This document shows positions 11,995 to 23,520 of a stretch of 42,901 nt of DNA, in pieces. Under the pieces are notes generated by a model that saw only the letters and a list, made by a program, of their open reading frames with translations, did not search any database and was not told the origin of the DNA. A program made the translations under genes and the position numbers. The DNA is taken from positions 1-42,901 of the forward strand of contig JBHGNT010000267.1 of NCBI GenBank assembly GCA_043228905.1, read 5' to 3'. Source of the DNA: Azolla caroliniana (Eukaryota; Plantae; Polypodiophyta). Numbering within the stretch: position 1 is the first letter of the stretch; each line of letters begins with the position of its first letter.

Positions 11995-12126
11995 GTACTC
12001 CTCATCTGGTTCTCACCGGATCTGCACCATCCGGCTCTCCGTAGCCGAGTACTCCTCATCCGGTTTAGGGTTTGTTCATCGGCACTGTTCTTCTCTCTTC
12101 CATCCGAAGGGACCTATCTCCCAACA
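11995..12126. repeat. Probable LTR-end fragment of another element at the RT/INT deletion junction
   Basis: About 130 bp of non-coding sequence ending ...CTCCCAACA, with an internal repeat GTACTCCTCATC (11995, 12049). It separates RT codons from integrase codons. Confidence 0.45.
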
Positions 12127-12699
12127 CATTGCATTCATCATATGTGCAATCGAGTTCATTGCACCTTGTGGTAGTGTGCACATACGGACTAATCCTATCG
12201 ATGTTCGCATGGTAGTGATGTCTCGGCTCTCCACAGCTAGTTGGAATTGGTCATACCCGGAGTATAGGTCTCTGATGGAGTATATTGCGCGTCCGGGAAA
12301 TGCTTCCACAAATTCGTCTACTATCGGACCAACTCCGGAGTTCCGGATCGTGACCTTGTTCACCGGTTTCAAGTCTTGAATAAACCGGAGTGACCCATAC
12401 TTCTTCGGAACCGTAAACCATCGATTTGAGTACAGAGTGTTTGATGGCTCTAGAATCCCCATTGCCACCTTCTCCTTGAGCAAGTCGATGACTTTCGGAA
12501 TATGTGCCCATGGCACTGAAATCGGCTTCAAGTTCCACAACACATGATCAATCGCGAAGATCACCATCAACTCCACTATGTTTGGATCAACGCACCCGAT
12601 CTCCTTCGATGTGAATGCAAATGCTTTTCCATGTTGTTCCAACATCTCACGAAACCATTCTTCTTCTTTTTGTAAGAGGAAACCACCTCCACCAATCTG

Positions 12700-13520
12700 A
12701 AGTTGAGGTAGTTGGATCATATGTATACTTGGGAGTAACTTTTAGTGCTCGCTTAGGTAAATTCTCGATGATCCAGGCAGCCAAAGATAGGCTAACGAGA
12801 GGGTATGCGTCCCTCTGACTCTTAGAGAGACAATGTCACCAAGCATACTTTCAAGAGCCACGGACTAAGGGATGGCTCTTTGACTCATTAGTGACCCCTT
12901 CCCTCATGCATGCATCAGTAGTATGGGCTCCAGGTCTACCATCTTTCATGTGGACACAATTAGAGAGACCTTTGGTGACGATGTTATCATGTCAACTCCG
13001 AAGCAAGTCAACAATACCACATAACATTAATATTTCATGACGAGCGTAATAAAGTGATACGCCAAGAAATATCGCAAATTTACACTTGATTTAAATGGAT
13101 CACCCCACGAGAGTCACTCCCATCTAAAACGTTGTACTATAAGGAACACTTCTTGCAATTCTCTCATTTAGGTTTTATTACACAACCAAGATATCTAGAT
13201 ACATTCTTATCAAATGCACTAAGGGTTGCCATTGGACAACTTAGGATATCATCTCACCAACTTGAGATTGAGAATAGTCGGGCTAATAGAGTCCCTAGGG
13301 AGGAAAGGCTATGTAGGTTGTGCCACATAGAGGTAGAGGATGAGTATCACTTCACATGCAAGTGACCAACTTATGCCGAGATACAAGTGGAATACCAAGA
13401 CATATTAGGACCCTCTCCCACCCTCTCCAAACTATTAGATACCACGGAAGTAAATAGACTAGGTAGGTATATCTTAGAGCTAAAACAACATAGGGAGAAT
13501 AAATTACAAAGTGTTAACTA
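12700..13520 (+). pseudogene. LINE ORF2 RT C-terminus and zinc-finger-like tail
   Basis: YVYLGVTF...LFDSLVTPSL...; RLCRLCHIEVEDEYHFTCK*PTY. Confidence 0.8.
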
Positions 13521-14200
13521 TAACCCTTTTACTATTCATCAACTTGTAACTAGTGTAATTTTTCAGGAACAAGGGGAGACGATGAACGTGGATACACTTA
13601 CGTCGCTCGGCCTCTCTTGAGGAAGCCGAAATGGAAAGAACAACCAAATGCCCTCGGATGTTGCGCTTCAAAACAAGTCGACACGTAGTAGAAAGGATTA
13701 AGAAGATAACGTGAGCTACATCGACTAGAAGCTATGATTGGGGTAACTTTTACATTCGGGCCATGGGCCACATCCACATTGAAACCCTTTGACCTCCCGC
13801 TTCTCTTCGAGAGACTTGGATGGAAATGAAATTAGGCCTAGTATAACATTATTTTCATTGTAGAACATATTTATTATTTTATTTTACTAGAACTATTTAG
13901 CTTAAAACTCTTTTTTTATTTTTAATTTTTAATTTTGATGAATGGGTAAATATCCCATTTTTTGTTGTAAACCATTTGTCTCATGGGCCAATTTTGGCCT
14001 TGGACGATGTTAATATATCTTTCTTTCTTTCTTCTTTCGGTCTCTCCAATGTATTCTCTATGTAAGGTCTCCATTAAACCTTCTTCTCTACATTCTGTTG
14101 GTATCCGGCTGAGCCGGTTTGTCAGAGCGCGAGGGTTGCAGCCGATAGACACTTTCGAAGACAAACCCTAACACCCGGTGAAGAACAAAAGAGAACCAAG

Positions 14201-14811
14201 ATGGACAAAGGTATGGCAAGCTCGCTTCCCATAGAAAAACTTGACTGGAGCAACTATGCATCCTGGTCGTATTAAATGCACCAGTACCTGCTGGGGCATG
14301 GATATTGGAGCTATGTGGAAGGAACTAATGAGGTAGCACTAGAGCTGGCACACAAGAACTTCCCCGCATGAGAACAAGGAGCGAGTAGAGTGCTTTACTG
14401 CCTCACGTCCTGTGTGCATGATCAGATGCTCGGCTACATCAAGGATCCAAAAACATTGAAGGAGGCCTGGGAAGTAAGTACCACAACCCGTAAGTTGCAG
14501 CTTTGGTAAGAGCTTAACAACATCCAGCAGAGAGATATGTTGGTTACGGACTACACCACCAAAATAAAGGAGATTTGTGACGTGCTTGGGTCCCTCAAGG
14601 TGACGGTGGACGAAGATGAAATGGTTCAAATATTCCTTGGTGGTCTAGCAAAACGGTTCGGGCTAATCCGGACGGCAATCTGCACTCGGGAGAAGCCACT
14701 GTCCTTCTTCGACCTGCAATCGATGTTGATGGTAAAAGAAAACCAAGAGAGTGGGTCGAGGACCACTCAACCGGACAATCGGAATTGTCGAAACCAGAGA
14801 TGACACCCCTC
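14201..14811 (+). pseudogene. gag: Copia C gag fragment (internally deleted, fused to protease region)
   Basis: Homologous to the gag of E at 31790-32263; contains stops. Confidence 0.85.
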
Positions 14812-15189
14812 GGTCACGAACGAGTGGAATGAGGCTAAATACTAAGAGAGAGCGAGAGCATAAGCAAGATCACAAGATTGTCAAGGACAAGTAGACGAGG
14901 CTAAATATTAAGAGATTGCGGGAGAGAGAGCATAGACAAGAGAACAAGCAAGAGAGAGGATAGACATATAAACAAGAACTGTATATGCTTTCGTAACTGG
15001 TGTTGTTCACCTTGTTTGTAATCAAGGTGCACCCCAGTATTTAACCAGGAATGTGGAGGTATGCATGAAAGCTAGAAGACTTCTAGAGAGTGCATGAAGA
15101 TGCATTCTCTAGAGTCTAGAAGGTTCTTGAAAGTTCTAGTGATCAATCTATAATGAAATAAGTTGAGTCTTACACAATACTATAATAGA

Positions 15190-15250
15190 TGAATGTAGCT
15201 TAATTGGTAAGGTTGCCCAATAGACCAGAAGGTCATGGGTTCAACCCTCA
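15190..15250 (+). promoter_or_regulatory. tRNA-like A-box/B-box module, 3' LTR of D
   Basis: TAGCTTAATTGGT (15196) ... AGGTC ATG GGTTCAACCC (15238). Confidence 0.7.
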
Positions 15251-16048
15251 GCGGGGTGCGAGCTCGATCAATTTCCATTGGAACGGGGTCATCGTACGAT
15301 GAAGATGGAGAAGATATCGAAGAGGTTTTCCACCTTGAAGTTGCTCGTTCCTCTTGACGAAGCTCAAACAACCGATTGTCACAACTAATTGCTTGCATGA
15401 TGGCTTCTGACAATGACGTAGGCTCTAGAAAGTTGAGTGGTAAATTTTTAATCTCGCTTTGAAGGCCCCGACAAAAATGGTCCTAGAGAGCTTGGCCATC
15501 CCACTGAACATCACATGCTAATTGTCTAAATTCAGAGGCATAAACGGATACCGGACGCATAGCTTGATGTAATGAATAAAGGTTGGTGATGGCAGTTCGG
15601 CGTCGGTCTGTATCCCCAAATGTTGCCTCAAACTCTGCCAGAAAGGCAGGAAAATTTTGTAGAAGTGGTGATGAAGTTTCGACCAACGGTGCAAACCAGG
15701 CTTGTGCAGCTCCGGACAGAAGGGTCCCAATGAGACCAACTTGACGAAAATCATCTGCATACCGTTGAGACTGTAGTTGGATAATAAGCTTGATCTGATT
15801 TATGAACCCTCGGAAGTGCTTCCTCGTGCCATCGAACTTGTCAGGTAAACTAATATTGGGCTCCATACTTGTAGTGGGATGGGAAGGAGTCGGAGAAAGC
15901 CTAGATGAGGAACTAGGCTCTATAGGTAGAACATTTGTTGATGTAGGAGGAGAGTTGGTTTTTTCTTCGAGTTCGATCCGTGTTCCAACTTGAAGCTTTC
16001 GTAACGATTCCCGAAGATTGTCATTCTCAAGTTGAAGTTGATGCATGG
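15251..16048 (-). pseudogene. gag: Gag of element D (PEG10/Tcn1-type capsid)
   Basis: Motifs LPDKFDGTRKHFRGF, LLSGAAQAW, YASEFRQLA and PMEID. Confidence 0.9.
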
Positions 16049-16505
16049 TGTTACGGGCATGACCATTTAATATCCCGTGGTGAGAATTTACCGTAGTATT
16101 CTATACACGTGGATAAGTGTGAGAGTTAAACAAGAGTGTAAAGAAGGGGAGGATTACTTTTAATCCTGGGGATTGAGACAACCCATTAGGTCAAGTGTGA
16201 ACTTGCTTGGGGGCCTTGGGTATCGCTATAAAAAAGAGGCCTAGCTACCCTCATTTGAGGATCTTTTGACTACATCGAGACTCTGCTCTTGTGGTGGGTC
16301 AACTCTTGTAGTGAGCGCGCCAGCACCAAGTACGACTCGACGCCATGACGGTGGTATGGGATGCCGATCGAGGCTCGAGTCCGTCTCGATCCCTTCGCTC
16401 GGGGGTGGTCAGGTGGATCGTTACCCTTCTTTCTCTTTCTCCTTTCTATCTATCATTAGTTTATCCTTATCTTAAGCTTACTTTAGTACCTAGATCTCTA
16501 ATATT

Positions 16506-16517
16506 TGGTATCAGAGC
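16506..16517 (+). promoter_or_regulatory. PBS complementary to initiator tRNA-Met (element F)
   Basis: TGGTATCAGAGC 2 nt after the 5' LTR. Confidence 0.95.
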
Positions 16518-16749
16518 TTTGTACTAATGTTTCTTTGTTTGTCTTTTGTCTTTTGATTGATGGTGATCGATCGATGTGCGGTCGGCCTTGATCCAGACAA
16601 CGATCAACAAAGAACTTCGGTAACTCTTTCCGTAATTTTTTTTTCTATTCTCTCTTCTCCCATCTAATCATGTATTTAGTTTATATGTCAATTTTTCATT
16701 AAGTCAATGATGTGGTAGTGGTCTTTAATTGATTATCTAAAACGTTTAC

Positions 16750-17012
16750 ATATGTGCACGAGGTCAATACCTCATTTGACATATAAATAATATGTAATGA
16801 GTGTCGTATGCGTACGAGATTAATACCTCAATTACGTATTACATTCACGAACATATGTTACGTTTGCGTATGAGTTTAATACCTTGATTTGTTGTAAAGG
16901 ATATGCGTTTGGTCTTGTATGCGTAAGAGGTTAATACCTCAATTGCGTATTACGATGATCTCTTATTTGTGGATGTTTCATGTGCATAGAGGTATATACC
17001 TCGATTACGTAT
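16750..17012 (+). repeat. Array of five palindromic repeats (about TATGCGTA-GAGGT-TAAT-ACCTC-AAT-TACGTAT) with unlike spacers in the 5' leader of F
   Basis: Cores start at 16760, 16816, 16872, 16927 and 16989 (period 56, 56, 55, 62). Confidence 0.8.
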
Positions 17013-18190
17013 CTCGATCACATCATTTGGGGCTATTTAATATAACGATATGTTTAATATAGGCATATGTGGTCACGTATATACGTATTTGATCGTATAT
17101 ATGTGATAAGTAAACATATGTGTATATTAGTTATTACGTGATTATATCGAAAGTTATCCTTGTCGGGAAAAGGATGTTGGTGGCCGTCCTCACATTTTTG
17201 TGAGAATGGCGTTGTCACCATCCCTTTTTCAACAATTTTTGATTGTTGACAACCCCGTTGATGACCTCGATTTCGTTACGTAAATAAACGCCTATAGCCA
17301 TAATGATGTTGAGTACGTAGGGCTTGACCCACTTCAAGTGAGGTCGCTCTAATGACACACGTATCCAACATCCCTCCCTCGTTACATGGATACGATGCCA
17401 CCATGAGCTCGTTCTTACGAGAGGCATTCGTAATGACGTGACCATGTGATGGGCCACGTGGGCCTACTACGAAACGAGGGCTCATTTGGCTTGACCATTA
17501 GGTTGCACTTTGGCATATGCCATCGTAATTACGAGACTTGAGGTTAGGTAACGTACCAACATAGTGTTGGTAAATGAGGGCGAAAAAAGGACCTTTGACA
17601 TATATGTTCTTTTCAAGAAAACATATATGATCAAATGCCTTGCATATCTCTTATACGCATCAAACATTAAGCATTCGAGAAGAGCAACTTACTTGGTTGC
17701 CTCAAGTGTTTAATGTATTTGTTCTCGAGGTCTCGAGTTCAAATATGACCAAGACCATACAACATCCTTGATACATATGACTATAACACATGTTTAGACT
17801 TAAGGTCTAAGTGCACCTCGAGGTCCTCATAATAAGACTTAAAGAGTCGAAACCACATATGTGGCAAAGAAACATAGTTTATTGTTAACATTTTTTTCGT
17901 GTATAAACTACTCATAACGCGAACATACATGGTTGAGCCTCAGGGAGCCGCCATGAAAAAATCGATATAAAGATGAGGGAAAGAAATTAAATTGTCACCC
18001 CCATGGTTTTTAAAACACCTTTGTGTTACCATAGTAACCTGATCTTGAACCTCATCTCATACGTCTAGAGGGGTATTGACGTGAGATCATGATATCGATT
18101 AATGTTTGCCCATGATATGTTTACATCACGACATGATGTTATGACCATCTCTCTGACCTTATCCTATTTCTTTTCCAGAAATAATCTTTA

Positions 18191-21100
18191 ATGGCTCAAA
18201 TTAACGACCCGATGTCATCCGCTCAAGTGAAAGGAACTCAAGGGAATCCTCCTGGACAAATGTCCACTGAGATGTATTTGGCACAAATAACCCAATACCT
18301 TAGTTTCACCGCTCAACAGATGACCGAACTTCGGCAATCTCAGAGTGCTCTTGAGGCACGTGTCATTAGTCTACAACGTGAGACTAATAGACCTGATGAG
18401 CGACAAGGTGAACCATCATTTGTCGTTAAGCCATTTACGGGAGACAAAAAGGAAAGAACCGAAGAAGAAATCTGCACATGGCTGGGACGATGGGAGTCTC
18501 ATTTTGAGCTCTATCCCACGCCAAATAGTACGAAGATTGCATATGTCGGCCGAGAACTCGGGGGTAAGCCCGCCGCCTAGACAGATTTTGTCACGGTTTT
18601 TAAGGGCCAATTTCTTCAACCTCCCTCTCGAACGGAGGCAGCACAAGCTTTAATGAACCTCTCTAGCAGGAAATTTTCCTCACAAGAAGACTATGTTCAC
18701 CATGCTAGAACCCAAATCCAAAAATCGGGTCTAGAAGGGGACAATTGGTTGATAGCTTGTTTTGTCAATGGCATCCCCAATTCGGACTATCACTAGATAG
18801 TGCACGATAAGGATCCAAAATCCTTCGAAGAGGCCATTGAAATAGTTCTTCGCTATCAACGCACTTCGAAGAAGGACGACAACAAACCCAATAAAGCGCC
18901 CAGGACTAAGCAATCGCAATTCGTTGGGAAACGCAAGACACCCAACGAATTCATGGATCGCGATTGTAAGCGACAACATCCTTTTTGCATATTCTATAAA
19001 AAGAAGGGTCATACAGAAGATCAACGTCGAAAGCTCCAACGGAAAGAGCACGACAACAAAGCTAAAGCTGCAGACCATAAAGGTCAGATTGCTAATGTCC
19101 TTCAGGTCTATACACATCATTTAAGTAATTGTCAACGTTCTTTCCCTCACTATGTATTGGGTCCCAATGATTTACTACGTGCAAACGGGTATATCAATGG
19201 ATCTCCCGTACAATTTTTATTTGATTCGGGAAGCTCACACAATTTTGTGAATGATCGTTTGGTTCAGATATGGGGAATCCAACCCACCGTAACTGATCAC
19301 ACCTACACGGTGCACTTCGCTAATGGAAGAGTACAATACATCAACGGGGCGATTCATTCATTAGGAATTTCTATTGATACTTATATAGAGGAAGTAGACT
19401 TCCATGTAATGAATCTTTTTACCACCGATGTAATACTGGGTTATCCTTAGTTTTATAATAAAAACTCTTCTTTATTTATTGATTGGGTTCATCATTCAAT
19501 TACATTTGTACTGAACGATTGTACTCATTTTATTCAATGTGTAAAAAAACAATCCCTCTCGATTGTTTCCTCGTGTCCATCAAATATCCGAGTTGTCTTG
19601 TTCTACTCTATTTTATTGTGTACTTGATCCGGACATTCACATTTATAATATCGATAATGTCCCGGTTCAATTAACATATTTTGAACAACAACAACTTGAT
19701 AAAATCTTAAATGATTTTCATGATGTTTTTCCAAGTGAACTACCTGATGGGTTACCTCCTAAACGTAATATAGACCATCGTATAGATATTGTACCTGGTG
19801 TTGCACCAATAAGTATACCTCCTTATCGCTTAAGTTGATCTGAAGAGGATGAGGTATCTGAGCAACTCAAGGACTATTTACGAATGGGTTATATACGTTA
19901 TAGTAAATCTCCATGGGGTGCACCAATTCTCTTGGTAAAAAAGAAAGAGGGCACATGGCATATGTGTAATAATTACCGATTCTTGAATAAAGTGACGATC
20001 AAGAATTCGTACCCATTGCCTCGGGCTGACGATCTAATTGACCGTCTCCAGGGAGCTCAGTATTTTACGAAACTTGATCTCCGTACTCGCTACCATCAAA
20101 TACGTATAAGTGAGGACGATGTTCCTAAAACGGCATTTCATACGTGCTATGGCCATTATGAGTTTTTGGTTATGCCTTTTGGTTTGACAAATGCTCCGAC
20201 TACATTTCAACAAGAAATGAATGACATTTTCCGAGAACAACTTGGAAAATTTGTCGTTATTTTCTTGGATGATATTTTAGTTTATAGTCGTACACTACAA
20301 GAACATGCTAAACATGTCCGCTTTGTTTTACAAACATTGCGTGACAAACAGTTTGATGCGAAGATCTGAAAATGTGAGTTCTTCAAGAAATCAATTACTT
20401 ATCTAGGACATCTCATAACCGAACAAGGAGTTGAAATTGATCCTTCTCGCATTGAGAAAATCAAGCTTTGGCCCACTCTTCAGAATATTCGAGAAGTTCG
20501 ATCATTCCTTGGTTTTGTCGGGTTTTTGCGAAAGTCTCTTCGTAATTACTCCCAATTGACGACATTGTTTACTGATATTTTAAAAGGTCAAAACGCGTAA
20601 GTCTACAAAACCTATTGTGTGGAATGCTACACTAGACCTCGCCTTTAAGGAACTCAAGGACCTGGTTTACAAGGCTCCTTCACTTCTTTTACCTGATCCT
20701 TCAAAACCTTTTGAGGTTAAAACTGATGCAAGCGATTATGTTATAGGTGTTGTCTTGTATCAAGATGGTAAACTTGATTCTGCTCAATGTCGGTATACTG
20801 TTCAAGAAAAGGAATTATTTGCAGTTATACATGTGCTCAAAACATGGCGCCATTATCTTTATGGAAATCGCTTTGTGGTAACTACGGACCACGAGTCCTT
20901 GAAATATTTTTGTGACCAACAAGACCTGAAAGGTCGTAAGACACGATGGGCTGATCTCATCCAGGACTTTGATTTTTCCATACGATATCGTAAAGGTTCC
21001 ATGAACACTATCGCTGATGCACTAAGTTGCATCCGTGAAGTTAACATGTTTAGCTTCACAGAAATAACATCACATCTTTATGATCACCTTCGAGGAAAGT

Positions 21101-22546
21101 ATCCTGATGACAGTTATTTTGCAAAATACTGGGCAAGAGTTGAGTCTGGAACAGACACCACCACATCCTCGAAGGAATACTTCCACATTGCTAATGGTTT
21201 GCTCTAGAGTAATGGGAAGGTTTGTGTTCCAGATTTACCCGAGGTCAAAAAGAGGATTCTTTTTTAATGCCATGATGCACCCTTAGCAGGGCACCCTGGA
21301 ATACATCGTACACTCGTTCTCATCTCCACTCAATTTTATTGGCCTAAGATGCGTCCTGACATACATAGCTATGTGACTAAATGTCACCAGTGTCAGGTTA
21401 ACAAAGCCGAGCGACTTAAAGCCGCATGACTTTTACATCCCTTGGACATTCCCAATAATAAGTGGGAAAGTATATCCATGGATTTTATTGTTAGCCTTCC
21501 TCGCACCCAAAAAGGTCATGATGCCATCTGGGTTGTCGTTGATCGACTAACTAAAATGGCCAAATTTATTGCTACTAAAACCACGGTAACAACTCCTGAA
21601 TTGGCTTACCAATTCGTTGCCGAATTATTTCATTTTTATGGGTTACCGATGGATATCGTGAGTGATCGAGATCCAAAGTTTACTAGTGACTTCTGGACGC
21701 AAGTCTTTAAGAAGTTAGAAACTACGTTGAGCATGAGTTCCACCGATCATCCTCAATCCGATGGACAGATAGAACGAGTAAATCAAATTATTGAGGACAT
21801 GCTTTGAGCATACGTTGGTGCAAAACCAACAAAATGGGAACGTTATCTCCCAATTTTGGAGTTTGCTTATAACAGCTCCAAGCATACGTCGACGGGATAT
21901 AGTCATTTTATGTTGATGTATGGTTTTCAGCCACGAGCCCCGATTGATGTTAATATACATCATGATGAGTTGTGAAGTACACAAAAATTTCTTCGGGATA
22001 TGCAAGATATGTTGCATATTGCACGAGATAATATAAAAACAACTCAAGATAGAGCACGTTTTTATGCCGACCATCATAGGCAACCTCGTGTATTCAACCC
22101 TGGACAGAAGGTATTTTTACGTGTACCTCACAATTCTAAGACCTTGTCTATGGGTAAGTGCGCTAAGTTAGCCCCACGGTTTTGTGGACCTTTTACAGTC
22201 CTCAAACGCATTGGGTCATCAGCCTATCGTCTCGCTCTTCCCGATGGTGTTGGAATTCATCCAGTCTTCCATGTGAGTCGTCTAAAAGAACTTCTAGGTT
22301 CTGGCGACAACACAATTACAACTGAAACTCTAGTTACTTCTGAAGATTTATCTTCGAAACAACATGTACCAGAAAGAATTCTCGATGTTAAAACAAAAAA
22401 GTTACTTACTAAATAAATCCGAGAATTTAAAATTAAATGGATGGACAAATCTATTAAAGATGCCACATGGGAACGCGAGAATACTCTAAGAACAAACTTC
22501 CCTAACTTTCCATTGCAAGACTGCAATGTTTTAAAGAAGGGGAGTA
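18191..22546 (+). pseudogene. pol: Decayed gag-pol of F (gag, PR, RT, RH, INT, chromodomain)
   Basis: Motifs [41 protein letters not shown] and VPERILD...KW...DATWE. Confidence 0.95.
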
Positions 22547-23053
22547 TGTTACGGGCATGACCATTTAATATCCCGTGGTGAGAATTTACCGTAGTATTCT
22601 ATACACGTGGATAAGTGTGAGGGTTAAACAAGAGTGTAAAGAAGGGGAGGATTACTTTTAATCCTCGGGATTGAGACAACCCATTAGGTCAAGTGTGAAC
22701 TTGCCTGGGGGCCTTGGGTATTGCTATAAATAAGAGGCCTAGCTACCCTCATTTGAGGATCTTTTGACGACATCGAGACTCTGCTCTTGTGGTGGGTCAA
22801 CTCTTGTAGCAAGCGCGTTGGCACCAGCTACGACTCGACGCCACGGCGGTGGTATGGGACGCCGATCGAGACTCGAGTCCGTCTCGGGGGTGGTCGGGTG
22901 GATCGGCACCCTTCTTTCTCTTTCTCCTTTCTATCTATCATTAGCTTATCCTTATCTTAAGCTTACTTTAGTACCTTGATCTCTAATACATGGCTTCCAT
23001 GAGGTGATCTATTCTCTCGGTAAGATTCGACATCTTGAGGCTTAGAAAATGGG

Positions 23054-23064
23054 AAGGTGAACAA
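23054..23064 (-). promoter_or_regulatory. Self-priming PBS of D (complementary to LTR 23260-23270 and 15003-15013)
   Basis: PBS TTGTTCACCTT pairs with AAGGTGAACAA (11/11 in the 3' LTR copy, 10/11 in the 5' copy), 32 nt downstream of the TATA start. Confidence 0.8.
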
Positions 23065-23066
23065 AT

Positions 23067-23520
23067 TGTCACGAACAGGTGGAATGAGGCTAAATACTAA
23101 GAGAGAGAGAGAGAGCATAAGAAAGATCACAAGATTGTCAAGGACAAGTAGACGAGGCTCAATATTAAGAGATAGCGGGAGAGAGAGTATAGACAAGAGA
23201 ACAAGCAAGAGAGAGGATAGACATATAAACAAGAACTGTATATGCTCTCGTAATTGGTGTTCTTCACCTTGATTGTAATCAAGGTGCAGGCCAGTATTTA
23301 TACAAGAATGTTGAGGTATGCATGAAAGCTAGAAAACTTCTAGAGAGTGCATGAAGATGCATTCTCTAGAAGGTTCTTGAAAGTTCTAGTGATCAATCTA
23401 TAATGAAATAAGTTGAGTCTTACACAATACAATAATCCATAGATGGATGTAGCTCAATTGGTAAGGTTGCCCAATAAGACCAGAAGGTCATGGGCTCACC
23501 CCTCACCATTCCATGTGGCA
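23067..23520 (-). repeat. 5' LTR of element D (454 bp)
   Basis: Direct repeat of 14812-15250; ends TG(C)CAC...GTGACA on the minus strand. Confidence 0.9.
23444..23512 (+). promoter_or_regulatory. tRNA-like A-box/B-box module, 5' LTR of D
   Basis: TAGCTCAATTGGT (23450) ... AGGTC ATG GGCTCACCCC (23493). Confidence 0.7.

Larger units (their letters stand above)
10903..12699 (-). mobile_element. Non-chromovirus gypsy remnant (Phygy-like): RT fragment, integrase C-terminus, PPT and 700-bp 3' LTR
   Basis: LTR 10903-11602 is bounded by TGTCGT...ACGACA, with PPT GGAGGGGG adjacent. Integrase end reads YDSSLDHQH...KRWFGPY...LRVPIAGKGVKIFKKR. RT piece reads WNLKPISVP...DLYSGYDQF...LPQGAMNS. Confidence 0.85.
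4773..14037 (+). mobile_element. Fragmented non-LTR retrotransposon (RTE-X-like LINE); pieces at about 4773-5331, 10836-10902 and 12700-14037
   Basis: Pieces include an ORF1 C-terminus (LIYLDED*T...ARKEGHRAFYR), an APE endonuclease (LWNCNG, DILFLV*TH, GGVLIL, VCYFPP), an RT thumb (YVYLGVTF) and a C-terminal LRISSHQLEIE...PREERLCRLC...EDEYHFTCK. It ends in a (TTTC)n-like tail near 14018-14037. Confidence 0.75.
16049..22988 (+). mobile_element. Element F: full-length Ty3/gypsy chromovirus (tRNA-Met primed, group II chromodomain), TSD CATGG
   Basis: LTRs 16049-16503 and 22547-22988 (about 95% identical by eye, 13-bp indel). TSD CATGG at 16044-16048 and 22989-22993. PBS 16506-16517; PPT 22533-22544. 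Confidence 0.96.
14812..23520 (-). mobile_element. Element D: Tcn1-like gypsy with pol deleted (LTR-gag-LTR), interrupted by F
   Basis: 5' LTR 23067-23520; 3' LTR 14812-15250 (U3 edge lost). Gag ATG is at 23000 (MEAM) and continues at 16046 (HQLQLEN...LPDKFDG...PVPMEID). Flanks CCCTC/TCCTG may be a decayed TSD. Confidence 0.85.

Noticed and set aside
11963-12126. 164-bp solo LTR TGTTG...CAACA
   Set aside because: There is no TSD, and the TGTTG is part of integrase codons (DHQH) on the minus strand. Only the right ~130 bp look foreign.
16750-17012. CRISPR array
   Set aside because: It looks like repeat-spacer, but the repeats are degenerate, the context is a eukaryotic retrotransposon leader and no cas genes are present. 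Kept as a structural array.
23444-23512. Functional tRNA genes (here and at the other LTR modules)
   Set aside because: Acceptor and anticodon stems do not pair and no anticodon can be assigned. Only the promoter boxes and their spacing are retained.
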